Shown piece after piece: positions 1-7,995 of a stretch of DNA of 64,000 bases. Every line of letters begins with the position of its first letter. Within the stretch, counting starts at the first letter, position 1. The DNA comes from Acidimicrobiales bacterium (lineage in GTDB: Bacteria > Actinomycetota > Acidimicrobiia > Acidimicrobiales > Aldehydirespiratoraceae): positions 17,909-81,908 of the forward strand of contig JAJCXZ010000059.1 in the NCBI GenBank assembly GCA_029263175.1, read 5' to 3'. The notes beneath the pieces were generated by a model that worked only from the letters and a program-made list of their open reading frames with translations, searched no databases and was not told the DNA's origin. The translations under genes and the position numbers were made by a program.

Positions 1-437
1 TTCTGGGCGCCGATCGGCGTGGTGCTGCCGTCTTCGGTGGTGATCACGAGGCCGAGCATCATCTTGCCCGGGGTGGCGCCCTTGACGGCGATCAGAGCGA
101 TGTACACCACGGTGATGGCGAGGCCGACAAGGATCTGCTCAGCGCCACCGGTGGCGCTGAAGCTGCTGTCACTCGTGTCGACATCCCCGAACGCGAGGAG
201 GCCGAGAACACTGATCACGATCACGATCACGATGTCGATCAGGACAGCGCCGAGGCGGATGCCGAGCGTTGCAAACTTGCTGTTGTCGTCGACCATGCCG
301 CCTGCGCCGGGGGGCGCGGGCATGGGATCGCCGAGCCACTGGGTGCCGTCCCACTGACGGACGGTGCCAGGCGGGTCACCTGCCGCGTAGTAGTAGCCGG
401 GAACGGGATTCTGGCCAGGAGTGCCTTGATCGGTCAT
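1..437 (-). CDS. RDD-family membrane protein with DUF2510-like N-terminus (3' part outside window)
   Basis: Absent from the track because it runs off the window. My reverse translation from ATG (comp. 435-437) gives MTDQGTPGQNPVPGYYYAAGDPPGTVRQWDGTQWLGDPMP...LGIRLGAVLIDIVIVIVISVLG...ATPGKMMLGLVITTEDG and stays open to position 1. It has a WDGxxW motif, TM segments and an RDD-type TPGKxxxGLxV motif. Confidence 0.7.
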   Translation of the reverse strand, partial: MTDQGTPGQNPVPGYYYAAGDPPGTVRQWDGTQWLGDPMPAPPGAGGMVDDNSKFATLGIRLGAVLIDIVIVIVISVLGLLAFGDVDTSDSSFSATGGAEQILVGLAITVVYIALIAVKGATPGKMMLGLVITTEDGSTTPIGAQ

Positions 438-582
438 GCCCGAAAGGCTAGGCGGTACGGAGATTCTCCGGCGGGATCAGGGTGTTCAAGCGTCACACCG
501 AGGCGGAAATCGGCACCTCAGCCGCTACGGTCGAATGTCGACCGCCCCAGGTGGTCGACACGCTCGTCGAGGAGATGTGCCT

Positions 583-852
583 ATGGCTACTGGTCGATCC
601 AGCTTTGCAAAACGGCAGCGAGACATGGCCAAGAAGGCCAAAGCCGCAGCCAAGCGTGAGCGGAAGCTCGAAGATGATGTCGATGTCGAAGACGACGATG
701 AGATCGTCGAAGACACCGGTCCGAAGCTCTCCAATGACGAGGTCATGGAGAAGGTCGCCGACCTGCATCGTCGCTACGACGATGGCCAGCTGGACCTTGA
801 TTCCTTTGATGAAGAGCGCGCCAATCTGATGGCGCAGATCTCCATCGACTAG
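583..852 (+). CDS. small hypothetical protein (basic N-terminus, acidic C-terminus)
   Basis: Inner ATG of track ORF 436..852 (MATGRSSFAKRQRDMAKKAKAAAKRERK...). Third positions are GC-rich, and the upstream part of the long ORF is Arg/Gly-rich and non-coding-like. No family recognised. Confidence 0.5.
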   Translation: MATGRSSFAKRQRDMAKKAKAAAKRERKLEDDVDVEDDDEIVEDTGPKLSNDEVMEKVADLHRRYDDGQLDLDSFDEERANLMAQISID

Positions 853-1733
853 CGAATCACCTCGAGTGCTCCACCGTCGAACAACGGAAGCATTCCGAAT
901 TCGGCGCGATCTTGTTCGAGGGCGCTCTCGCTCGGGCAGTCGCCGTCGTGGGCTCCGGCGGTGTCCAACGCGGCCGGCAAGAGCCGGGCGTCGCTCGACG
1001 TGTTCAGAAAGTAGCGCTCGTCGCTGAGAACGAACTCGATCGCTCGCCCGATGGCGGCGGTGTCCTCGAGGGGCTGATACCAGCTGTACGTGGCCTGGTC
1101 CCAGCTGTCCCAGCGTCGACGGGCGATCGACTTGATGGTCTGGCGGGCCACTCCGTAGGTCTCGCAGACCTCGTTCAGCATGGCGACGTCAGCGGCATAG
1201 TCGGGGTTTTGCGCCAGCACGTGGTTCCACGGGAACAGTACCGATGCGAACGGCGCCTCGGCGAGGCTCCGGACGTGCATCTGCGCGATCCGGAGGCCAT
1301 GGCCGGTGATGCCGACGTGACGGCACAAACCTTCGTCGCGAGCCTTGAACAACGCCTCGACCGCGCCGCCGGGAGAGAAGGCCGTCAGCCAATCTGCTTC
1401 TTCCACGAGATTGTGGAGTTGGATCAGATCGACGTGGCGAACGCCGAGTCGATCGAGGCTGAGCTCGAGTTCGGCCCGAGCCGCAGACGCAGTGCGCGAG
1501 CCGGTCTTGGTGGCGAGGAAAACGTCAGCTCGATGGTCGGCGAGGAAGTCCGTGAGACGAAGCTCGGATTCGCCGTATGAGGCCGCAGTGTCGAAGTGAT
1601 TGATGTCGTGGGACCGGACCAACTCGATGGTGGCGTCGGCGCGACCCTGAGACATCCCACTGAGCGCCGCGGCTCCGAAAATCACGCGACTGCTCTGGTG
1701 ACCGGTGGTTCCGAACGGTTGGGTTTCGATCAT
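849..1733 (-). CDS. aldo/keto reductase
   Basis: Track ORF 849..2111 trimmed to ATG comp. 1731-1733 (MIETQPFGTTGHQSSRVIFGAAAL...), 2 nt after the upstream gene stop. It has DTAASYGESE and HVDLIQLHN AKR-like motifs, and the discarded N-terminal extension is Arg-rich. Confidence 0.85.
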   Translation of the reverse strand: MIETQPFGTTGHQSSRVIFGAAALSGMSQGRADATIELVRSHDINHFDTAASYGESELRLTDFLADHRADVFLATKTGSRTASAARAELELSLDRLGVRHVDLIQLHNLVEEADWLTAFSPGGAVEALFKARDEGLCRHVGITGHGLRIAQMHVRSLAEAPFASVLFPWNHVLAQNPDYAADVAMLNEVCETYGVARQTIKSIARRRWDSWDQATYSWYQPLEDTAAIGRAIEFVLSDERYFLNTSSDARLLPAALDTAGAHDGDCPSESALEQDRAEFGMLPLFDGGALEVIR

Positions 1734-1735
1734 GA

Positions 1736-2332
1736 TCAGCCTTCGTTGAGTAGGTGCACAATGCGGGCGCGGAGCTCGGGGATGCCCGTTCCCTTCTCCG
1801 CGCTCACCCAGAGGATCTCGCTTCGCGGAACGCCGAGCAACTCGACGACCTCGTTTCGACGTTTCTTGCTCTTCGCCGACCGGACCTTGTCGAGCTTCGT
1901 GGCGACGAAGGTGATGGGGCGACCGAGCGACCGGAGCCATTCCAAGGTTTGCAGGTCGAGAGGGGTCGGTCCGACGGCGCCGTCTATCAACTGCAGGACG
2001 CCGACGAGACTTTCGCGCTCCTCGATGTAGCGGGTGATCAGGTTGGCCCATTTGGCCTGCTCTGCCTTGCTGACCTTGGCGAATCCATAGCCGGGGAGGT
2101 CCATCAGCCATCGGCCGCTGTCCTCTGGAGCGAGTTCGAACGCGTTCAACAAGCGAGTGGCGCCCGGGGTCTTGGAGGTCTTGGCGAGCTTCTTCTTGTT
2201 GGCCAGCGCGTTGATGAGTGACGACTTGCCGACGTTCGAACGCCCGACCAGGGCGATCTCAGCGCGGGTGAACGGTAAGGCGTCGGCATCGGCAAAGCTG
2301 CGAAGAAAAGAGAGGGGGAGCGGGCCGGCCAT
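1736..2332 (-). CDS. engB: ribosome-biogenesis GTPase YsxC/EngB
   Basis: Track ORF with P-loop GRSNVGKSS, DLPGYG and TKLDK motifs. Size (198 aa) is typical of YihA/EngB. Confidence 0.9.
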   Translation of the reverse strand: MAGPLPLSFLRSFADADALPFTRAEIALVGRSNVGKSSLINALANKKKLAKTSKTPGATRLLNAFELAPEDSGRWLMDLPGYGFAKVSKAEQAKWANLITRYIEERESLVGVLQLIDGAVGPTPLDLQTLEWLRSLGRPITFVATKLDKVRSAKSKKRRNEVVELLGVPRSEILWVSAEKGTGIPELRARIVHLLNEG

Positions 2333-2365
2333 TCGTTGAGGCTATGGGACGGGACCGTCGCATGA

Positions 2366-3670
2366 TCAAAGAGCAGCGAAGCCGATCTCGAGATCAGCGA
2401 GGATGTCATCGATTGTCTCGATGCCAACGCTGAGACGAACCAGGCCGGGATGAACGCCGGTGGCGGCCTGCTCTTCGGGTGAGAGCTGACTGTGGGTTGT
2501 CGACGCCGGATGGATGACCAGGCTGCGGACGTCGCCGATATTGGCCACGTGACTGTGGAGTTCGAGTGCTTCGACGAACTTCTGACCCGCTTCGAGCCCG
2601 CCTTTCACGACGAAGGACGGGATGGCGCCATGGCCCTTGCCGCCCGTGAGTTCGTTGGCGCGGGCGTGATACGGCGAGTCGGATAGGCCGGAGAAGAAGA
2701 CCTCTTCGACCTCATCGCGTCCAGCGAGGAATTCGGCGACTTTCTGGGCGTTCTCGCAGTGGCGTTCCATCCGGAGGCTCAGCGTTTCGAGCCCCTGAAG
2801 GAACATGAACGAGTTGAACGGTGTGGTTGCCGAGCCGAGGTCTCGGAGCAACTGCACTCGCGCCTTGATGATGTACGCACCGTGCCCGAGGGCCGGGAAG
2901 TAGGCCAGGCCGTGGTAGCTGGGGTCGGGCTCGGTGAGGCTCGGGAACTTGCCATTGCCGAAGTCGAAGCTGCCGCCGTCGATGATGACCCCACCGATCG
3001 AGGTGCCGTGGCCACCGATGTATTTGGTGGCGGAATGCACGACGATGTCGGCGCCGAGACCGAGCGGCTTCACCAGGTACGGAGTCGCGGCCGTGTTGTC
3101 GACGATGAGTGGCACACCGTTGGCGTGGGCGACGTCGGAAACCCCGGCGATGTCGAGCCAATTGTTTTTCGGATTCGGCAGGGTCTCGCCGAAGAACGCC
3201 TTGGTGTTGGGCTGCACGGCAGCGGCCCACGCATCGAGATCGTCGGGATCATCGATGAACGTGGCCGTGATTCCCATCTTGGGAAGTGTGTGGTGCAGAA
3301 GGTTGTAGGTGCCGCCGTAGAGAGCGGCCGAAGCCACGATGTGATCGCCGGACTCGGCGAGGTTGAGGATGGCGAGTACCTCGGCGGCCTGGCCCGACGC
3401 GGTGGCGAGCGCGCCGGGAAGGCCGACTGCGGTTTCTGTACCACCCTCGAGCGCTGACATTCGTGCCTCGAACACCCCTTGGGTGGGGTTCATGATTCGG
3501 GTGTAGATGTTGCCGATCTCGGCCAGTGCGAACAGGTTCTGTGCGTGTTCGCTGCTGTTGAACACGAACGACGTGGTCTGGTAGATCGGCACCGCCCGTG
3601 CATTCGTTGCCGAATCGGGCTCTTGCCCGGCGTGGATCTGTGTGGTTTCGAAGCCCCAGTTATCTGTCAT
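2366..3670 (-). CDS. metY: O-acetylhomoserine aminocarboxypropyltransferase (sulfhydrylase)
   Basis: Track ORF 2366..3703 trimmed to ATG comp. 3668-3670 (MTDNWGFETTQIHAGQEPD...). It is a Cys/Met-metabolism PLP enzyme with the SATKYIGGHG lysine motif. Confidence 0.9.
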   Translation of the reverse strand: MTDNWGFETTQIHAGQEPDSATNARAVPIYQTTSFVFNSSEHAQNLFALAEIGNIYTRIMNPTQGVFEARMSALEGGTETAVGLPGALATASGQAAEVLAILNLAESGDHIVASAALYGGTYNLLHHTLPKMGITATFIDDPDDLDAWAAAVQPNTKAFFGETLPNPKNNWLDIAGVSDVAHANGVPLIVDNTAATPYLVKPLGLGADIVVHSATKYIGGHGTSIGGVIIDGGSFDFGNGKFPSLTEPDPSYHGLAYFPALGHGAYIIKARVQLLRDLGSATTPFNSFMFLQGLETLSLRMERHCENAQKVAEFLAGRDEVEEVFFSGLSDSPYHARANELTGGKGHGAIPSFVVKGGLEAGQKFVEALELHSHVANIGDVRSLVIHPASTTHSQLSPEEQAATGVHPGLVRLSVGIETIDDILADLEIGFAAL

Positions 3671-3687
3671 AGGGAAGGACGGTACCG

Positions 3688-4980
3688 TTAGGCCACTGAC
3701 CAACCCCCGTCAAAGTTGACCACTTGTCCAGTCATGAAGGTGGCCGAACCATCGAGGTACGCGCAGGCGAGTGCCGCCATTTCGGCGACCTCGCCCATCG
3801 AGCGCATCGGCACCTGGCGTTCGAGAGCGGCCCGCCGTTCGGAGGTCTCGCCGCCCACGGCGCCCCAGAAGGCGGGGAAGTTCATGTAGTTGGTGCCCGC
3901 GGCGTTGCACTGCACGCCATGGGGTGCGAGTTCGGCGGCCACATTGCGCACAAGGTGATTCGCTCCTGCACGCAGAGACGAATAGAGCGGTGCGTTCGGT
4001 GTCACCCGAGAACCCGACGAACTGGTGAAGACCAGAATCTGTCCGTGGCCCTGAGCGACCATCGGGGCGCTCACCGCTTTCAAGAACTCGAAGGGAGCAT
4101 GGAGAAGGCCTCGGCTGAGGGCGGCCAGGTCATCAGCAGTCGCTCGCTCCAGGAACGACCCCGTGATGATGCGACCGGAGACCATGGTTGCCGAGTCGAG
4201 CCGGCCGAACTCGTCGAGCGCAGCGTCGACGAGGGGTTGGTAGGCCGATGCCTGATCCTCGGGCCCGAGATCGTCGACGACCAGGACCAGTGCGCCCAGA
4301 TCCTCGAGCTCATCGGCCAGCTCCGGCGGCGTGCCCTTCCCGAGCACCAGATCGTGGCCCTGGCGGGCGAGCGTTCGTGCGATGTCGGGGCCGACGTAGT
4401 CACCGAGAGGAGTGATCAGGGCCACCCGTCGCTCGTTGGTCACCCCTCGATTCACCGGCTGCGGTGCGGGTTCGCCCCCCGACCACAGCTCGTCGATGCG
4501 TGGCTCCCGCTCGCCGGACTTGCGTTCGAGGCGGGTCACCAGGGCATCGGGGCGCGCTGCCAGCCGATCGATTGCGGCATTGATCGCCTCGCTGTCACCC
4601 GCCCCGCCATCGGCGTAGCGCTCGGTCCGGGTGGTGATCTCGTTGAGTGTCTGTGGGCCACGCAGGAGCAACACGGCCACGACGGCCAGTTCAGTCCTGT
4701 CGAGATGCAGTGCCTCGTCGACCACATGGCGGTGTTTCGGCACCCGGTGCCCGGCGCCGGAGAGGGTGCGGGCCAAGCCTCGCTGGCGGAGCTCCATCAT
4801 CACCGCGTCGATCTCGCGTTCGTTGAGTTCCATCACCGGATCTCGGTTGGTGGACTGGTTGCACGCGGCGAGCAGGGCGTTCGTGCTGAGGGGGTAGTTG
4901 TCCGGTGTTGTCGCGGCCTTCTCGATGAGTGCCCCGACCACGCGGGCTTCGACAGGATTGAGCTGTTCGGTTGAGTCCAC
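3688..4980 (-). CDS. YceH/DUF480-like winged-helix domain fused to a divergent short-chain dehydrogenase-like domain
   Basis: Track ORF 3688..5286 trimmed to GTG comp. 4978-4980 (VDSTEQLNPVEARVVGALIEKAATTPDNYPLSTNALLAACNQSTNRDPVM... closely resembles E. coli YceH). There is no stop before the SDR-like C-terminal half (...VFTSSSGSRVTPNAPLYSSLRAGANHLVRNVAAELAPHGVQCNA...). Confidence 0.6.
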   Translation of the reverse strand: MDSTEQLNPVEARVVGALIEKAATTPDNYPLSTNALLAACNQSTNRDPVMELNEREIDAVMMELRQRGLARTLSGAGHRVPKHRHVVDEALHLDRTELAVVAVLLLRGPQTLNEITTRTERYADGGAGDSEAINAAIDRLAARPDALVTRLERKSGEREPRIDELWSGGEPAPQPVNRGVTNERRVALITPLGDYVGPDIARTLARQGHDLVLGKGTPPELADELEDLGALVLVVDDLGPEDQASAYQPLVDAALDEFGRLDSATMVSGRIITGSFLERATADDLAALSRGLLHAPFEFLKAVSAPMVAQGHGQILVFTSSSGSRVTPNAPLYSSLRAGANHLVRNVAAELAPHGVQCNAAGTNYMNFPAFWGAVGGETSERRAALERQVPMRSMGEVAEMAALACAYLDGSATFMTGQVVNFDGGWSVA

Positions 4981-5040
4981 GCCACGGATGGTAGGTGGTG
5001 GCGCGGTTGCGATCGATCCGCGAGGCAGAGTTGAGGGCTC

Positions 5041-6321
5041 ATGTCGTCTCGCTCCGCCGTCTTTGCCGTCGTCACCGTTGTGGTCGCGATCAGCGCGGCC
5101 GTGATCGTGTCTCAACGTGGCGGTGACGAGGATGGGGCTGCGCCGACAACGAGCACAACCCCAACGACGAGCACGACGACCACGACCACGACCACGACCA
5201 CGACGACGACCACGACGATCCCACCCGCGGATGTGGCAGTGGCGGCTCTGCTCGACTCGATGACGCTGCAGCAGAAGGCCGAGCAACTGGTGGTGGTCGG
5301 TGCCACCGGCGAACTCGGAGCCTCGATCGACGACACCCTCGGTACGAGGTGTGTCGGGGGTGTGTTCGTCTCGAAGAATGCCGGGAACTGGTCGCCGGAA
5401 GAGGACCTGGCCGCAGCCACCTCAGCAATCGCCGAGATCACGGTCGGGGTCGAGGGGTGTGTGTTGCCTCCTTTGGTGACCACCGATGCCGAAGCCGGCA
5501 CACGGGTCCTGAAAGTGCCGGTTCGCGCCTTGCCCGAACCCGCCGTCCTCGAGGCCAACCACGCAGCCGATCCCGCCACGACCGATGTGGGCCTGGCGCC
5601 GGCGGCGGCCGCGTTTGCGGGCGAGTTGAGCGACGCTGGGGTGCACGTCAACTTGGGAGTGATCGCTGACGTGGATGTCGGGTCTGATTACTACATGGCC
5701 CGTCAACGCCGGTCCTTCGGCGATGATCCCGACACGGTTGCGGCGATCTCGGGTGCACTTGTCGAAGGTCATTGCGCCGCTGGTGTGGCTGCGACGCTCA
5801 AGCACTTCCCCAACCAGGGATCCACGGTTGACGATCCGCACCGGGCCGACTCGGTCTCGACCAACGATCAAGCGGCGTGGCAGGCCTTCGGGAGGATTCC
5901 GTACGTCGACACCCGAGCGCCGCTCGTGATGACCGGCCACATTCGCTATGCCGACATCGATGACGGCACGCCGGCGACCCTCTCCTCGACGATCACCACC
6001 GGCTGGCTCCGCGACGATGTGGGCTACGACGGGGTTGTGATCACCGACGACCTCCACGGCATGCAGGGTGTGGCCGACGACTACTCACCGGAGCAGCGCG
6101 GCACTGATGCGCTCGCCGCGGGCGCCGACCTGGTGCTCTATGTCGACGACGTCTTCGTGGCCGCGGTGATCGATGCGATCGTGGCTCGCGCCGAGGCCGA
6201 CCCGTCGTTTGCGGCTCGAGTCGACGAGAGTGTCGAACGGGTGATCCGGCTCAAGGGCGCGCTCGGTCTGGTCGCTTCGATCGACCCGACGTGGCTCCCG
6301 TTGTGCGGGGTCGTCGGGTAG
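5041..6321 (+). CDS. membrane-anchored glycoside hydrolase family 3 (NagZ-like beta-N-acetylhexosaminidase)
   Basis: Track ORF with an N-terminal hydrophobic anchor, a poly-Thr linker and then a GH3-like domain including KHFPNQGS. Confidence 0.8.
   Translation: MSSRSAVFAVVTVVVAISAAVIVSQRGGDEDGAAPTTSTTPTTSTTTTTTTTTTTTTTTIPPADVAVAALLDSMTLQQKAEQLVVVGATGELGASIDDTLGTRCVGGVFVSKNAGNWSPEEDLAAATSAIAEITVGVEGCVLPPLVTTDAEAGTRVLKVPVRALPEPAVLEANHAADPATTDVGLAPAAAAFAGELSDAGVHVNLGVIADVDVGSDYYMARQRRSFGDDPDTVAAISGALVEGHCAAGVAATLKHFPNQGSTVDDPHRADSVSTNDQAAWQAFGRIPYVDTRAPLVMTGHIRYADIDDGTPATLSSTITTGWLRDDVGYDGVVITDDLHGMQGVADDYSPEQRGTDALAAGADLVLYVDDVFVAAVIDAIVARAEADPSFAARVDESVERVIRLKGALGLVASIDPTWLPLCGVVG
5146..5217 (+). 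repeat. Thr/Ser codon tract (ACN/AGC)n, 24 codons, inside the GH3 gene
   Basis: The DNA acaacgagcacaaccccaacgacgagcacgacgaccacgaccacg... encodes TTSTTPTTSTTTTTTTTTTTTTTT. Confidence 0.9.
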
Positions 6322-6322
6322 C

Positions 6323-7555
6323 TCAGACCAGCTGGCGGAGCCGTTCTCGCAGGAAGCGCCGCTCGGTGTCGTTGTTGACCAGTTCGAGCGCCCGGTCGTA
6401 GCTCTCGGCCGCGGCCCGATGATCGCCGAGCTGGCGCGAGAGTTCGCCGCGGGCCGAGTGGAGATAGTGGTAGAGGTCAAGGGGCTCGGCGATCGAGGGG
6501 TTGTCCATCAGATCGAGCCCGGCTCGAGGGCCTCGATGCATTGCAACCGCGACCGCATGGTTCAGGGCCACCACCGGCGTCGGCCGGTGCACGGCCAGAG
6601 ACTCGTAGAGCAGCACGATCTGAGCCCAGTCAGTTGCGTCGGCGTTGGGCGCCTCCGCATGCAGGGAGTTGATGGCCGCCTCGATCTGGTACGGCCCGGG
6701 GCGGTCGAGTCGCACCGCCCGGTCGATCAGCTCGGTGGCCTCGTCGATCAGGGGACGGCGCCACTGGGATCGATCCTGCTGAGCCATCAACACGACGGCA
6801 CCGCTGTCGTCGACTCGGGCTTCCCGGCGAGATTCGATGAAGAGGAACAGGGCGAGGAGCGCCAGCGTTTCGGGGTCGTCGGGCATCACTGACGCAAGCA
6901 CGCGAGTGAGGCGGATAGCTTCGGCACTGAGATCGAGGCGGAGAAGATCGTCTCCCGTCGAGGCATAGGCGCCCTCGTTGAACACGAGATACAGGACGTG
7001 GTGAACGACCGTGAGCCGGTCGAGCAGCTCACCACCATCGGGGATTCGGAAGGGGATGGTGGCGTTGGCGATCTTTCGCTTGGCTCGCACGAGGCGTTGG
7101 GCCATTGTGGCTTCGGTGACGAGGAAGCCGCGGGCGATCTCGGTGGTGGTGAGGCCACCGACGCTTCGCAGCGTGAGCGCCATCTGGGCTTCGACGCTGA
7201 GGGCCGGATGACAGCAGCCGAAGAAAAGCTGCAGCTGGTCGTCGACGTGCGGGATTCTCGGTTGTTTCTCGTCCTCGATCCGTTCCAGCCGGGCGAGCAG
7301 TTCAGATTTCTGTCGTCCCACTCGTTCGCGACGGATCTTGTCGAGCGCCCGTCGCCGGGCCACGGTGGTGATCCACGCGCCCGGCCGGTCGGGGATTCCG
7401 TCGTCGAGCCAGCGAGTGAGCGCGATCTCGGCGGCCTCTTGGGCCGCGTCTTGTGCCGCGTCGAGGTCACCGAGATCGCGATAGAGCGTGGCCATCAATT
7501 GCGGCCACTCGTCTCGCACCACACGAGCGATCGTCTGATCGACCGGTGTGGTCAT
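6323..7555 (-). CDS. ECF-type RNA polymerase sigma factor with long C-terminal extension
   Basis: Track ORF 6323..7801 trimmed to ATG comp. 7553-7555 (MTTPVDQTIARVVRDEWPQL...). Sigma-70 region 2/4-like segments are followed by a C-terminal extension of about 230 aa. It lies directly downstream of a YciI-like gene, a known recurrent pairing. Confidence 0.85.
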   Translation of the reverse strand: MTTPVDQTIARVVRDEWPQLMATLYRDLGDLDAAQDAAQEAAEIALTRWLDDGIPDRPGAWITTVARRRALDKIRRERVGRQKSELLARLERIEDEKQPRIPHVDDQLQLFFGCCHPALSVEAQMALTLRSVGGLTTTEIARGFLVTEATMAQRLVRAKRKIANATIPFRIPDGGELLDRLTVVHHVLYLVFNEGAYASTGDDLLRLDLSAEAIRLTRVLASVMPDDPETLALLALFLFIESRREARVDDSGAVVLMAQQDRSQWRRPLIDEATELIDRAVRLDRPGPYQIEAAINSLHAEAPNADATDWAQIVLLYESLAVHRPTPVVALNHAVAVAMHRGPRAGLDLMDNPSIAEPLDLYHYLHSARGELSRQLGDHRAAAESYDRALELVNNDTERRFLRERLRQLV

Positions 7556-7565
7556 TGCTTCGCCG

Positions 7566-7919
7566 CTACCCGAAGTCGGGCACGGGCCGAACCTCGACGG
7601 TGCCCATCGAGGCATGCGGAATCTTGGCGGCCAACTGGATGGCATCGTCGAGGGTGTCGCACTCAAGAATGTAGAACCCGCCGAGTTGCTCTTTTGTTTC
7701 CGCGAACGGACCGTCGGTTGTGATGATCTCTCCATCACGCACCTGAACTGAGGTGGCGGTGGACGTGTCCTGGAGCGGCTCGCCGGCAAGGATCTTGTCA
7801 CCCGCCTCCTGGCCGAATCGCATGTAGCCCTCCATGATCGGACCGAATTCAGGGGTGGAGGGATCCGGATTGCTCACGGGGTCCTTTTCGTTGCTGTAGA
7901 TCAGGCAGGCGTACTTCAT
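7566..7919 (-). CDS. YciI-like (DGPF domain) protein
   Basis: Track ORF 7566..8075 trimmed to ATG comp. 7917-7919 (MKYACLIYSNEKD...). It carries the characteristic TDGPFAETKEQLGGFYILE motif. Confidence 0.85.
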   Translation of the reverse strand: MKYACLIYSNEKDPVSNPDPSTPEFGPIMEGYMRFGQEAGDKILAGEPLQDTSTATSVQVRDGEIITTDGPFAETKEQLGGFYILECDTLDDAIQLAAKIPHASMGTVEVRPVPDFG

Positions 7920-7995
7920 GGCGGAGACTTCCTTGGCTTGGTTGTGAGCACGACGAACGGGGTGAGCCGTTCTCGACAGGTTCGCGCAGAATTTC

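Noticed and set aside
1734-2111. N-terminal extensions of longest-ORF calls (for example 849..2111, 6323..7801, 10027..12345, 13060..16167, 20324..21796, 40188..43214)
   Set aside because: The extensions are Arg/Pro-rich and overlap upstream genes. Inner starts give canonical family N-termini, often with RBS-like purine tracts or 4-nt start/stop overlaps. The track also shows GTG and TTG starts as M.
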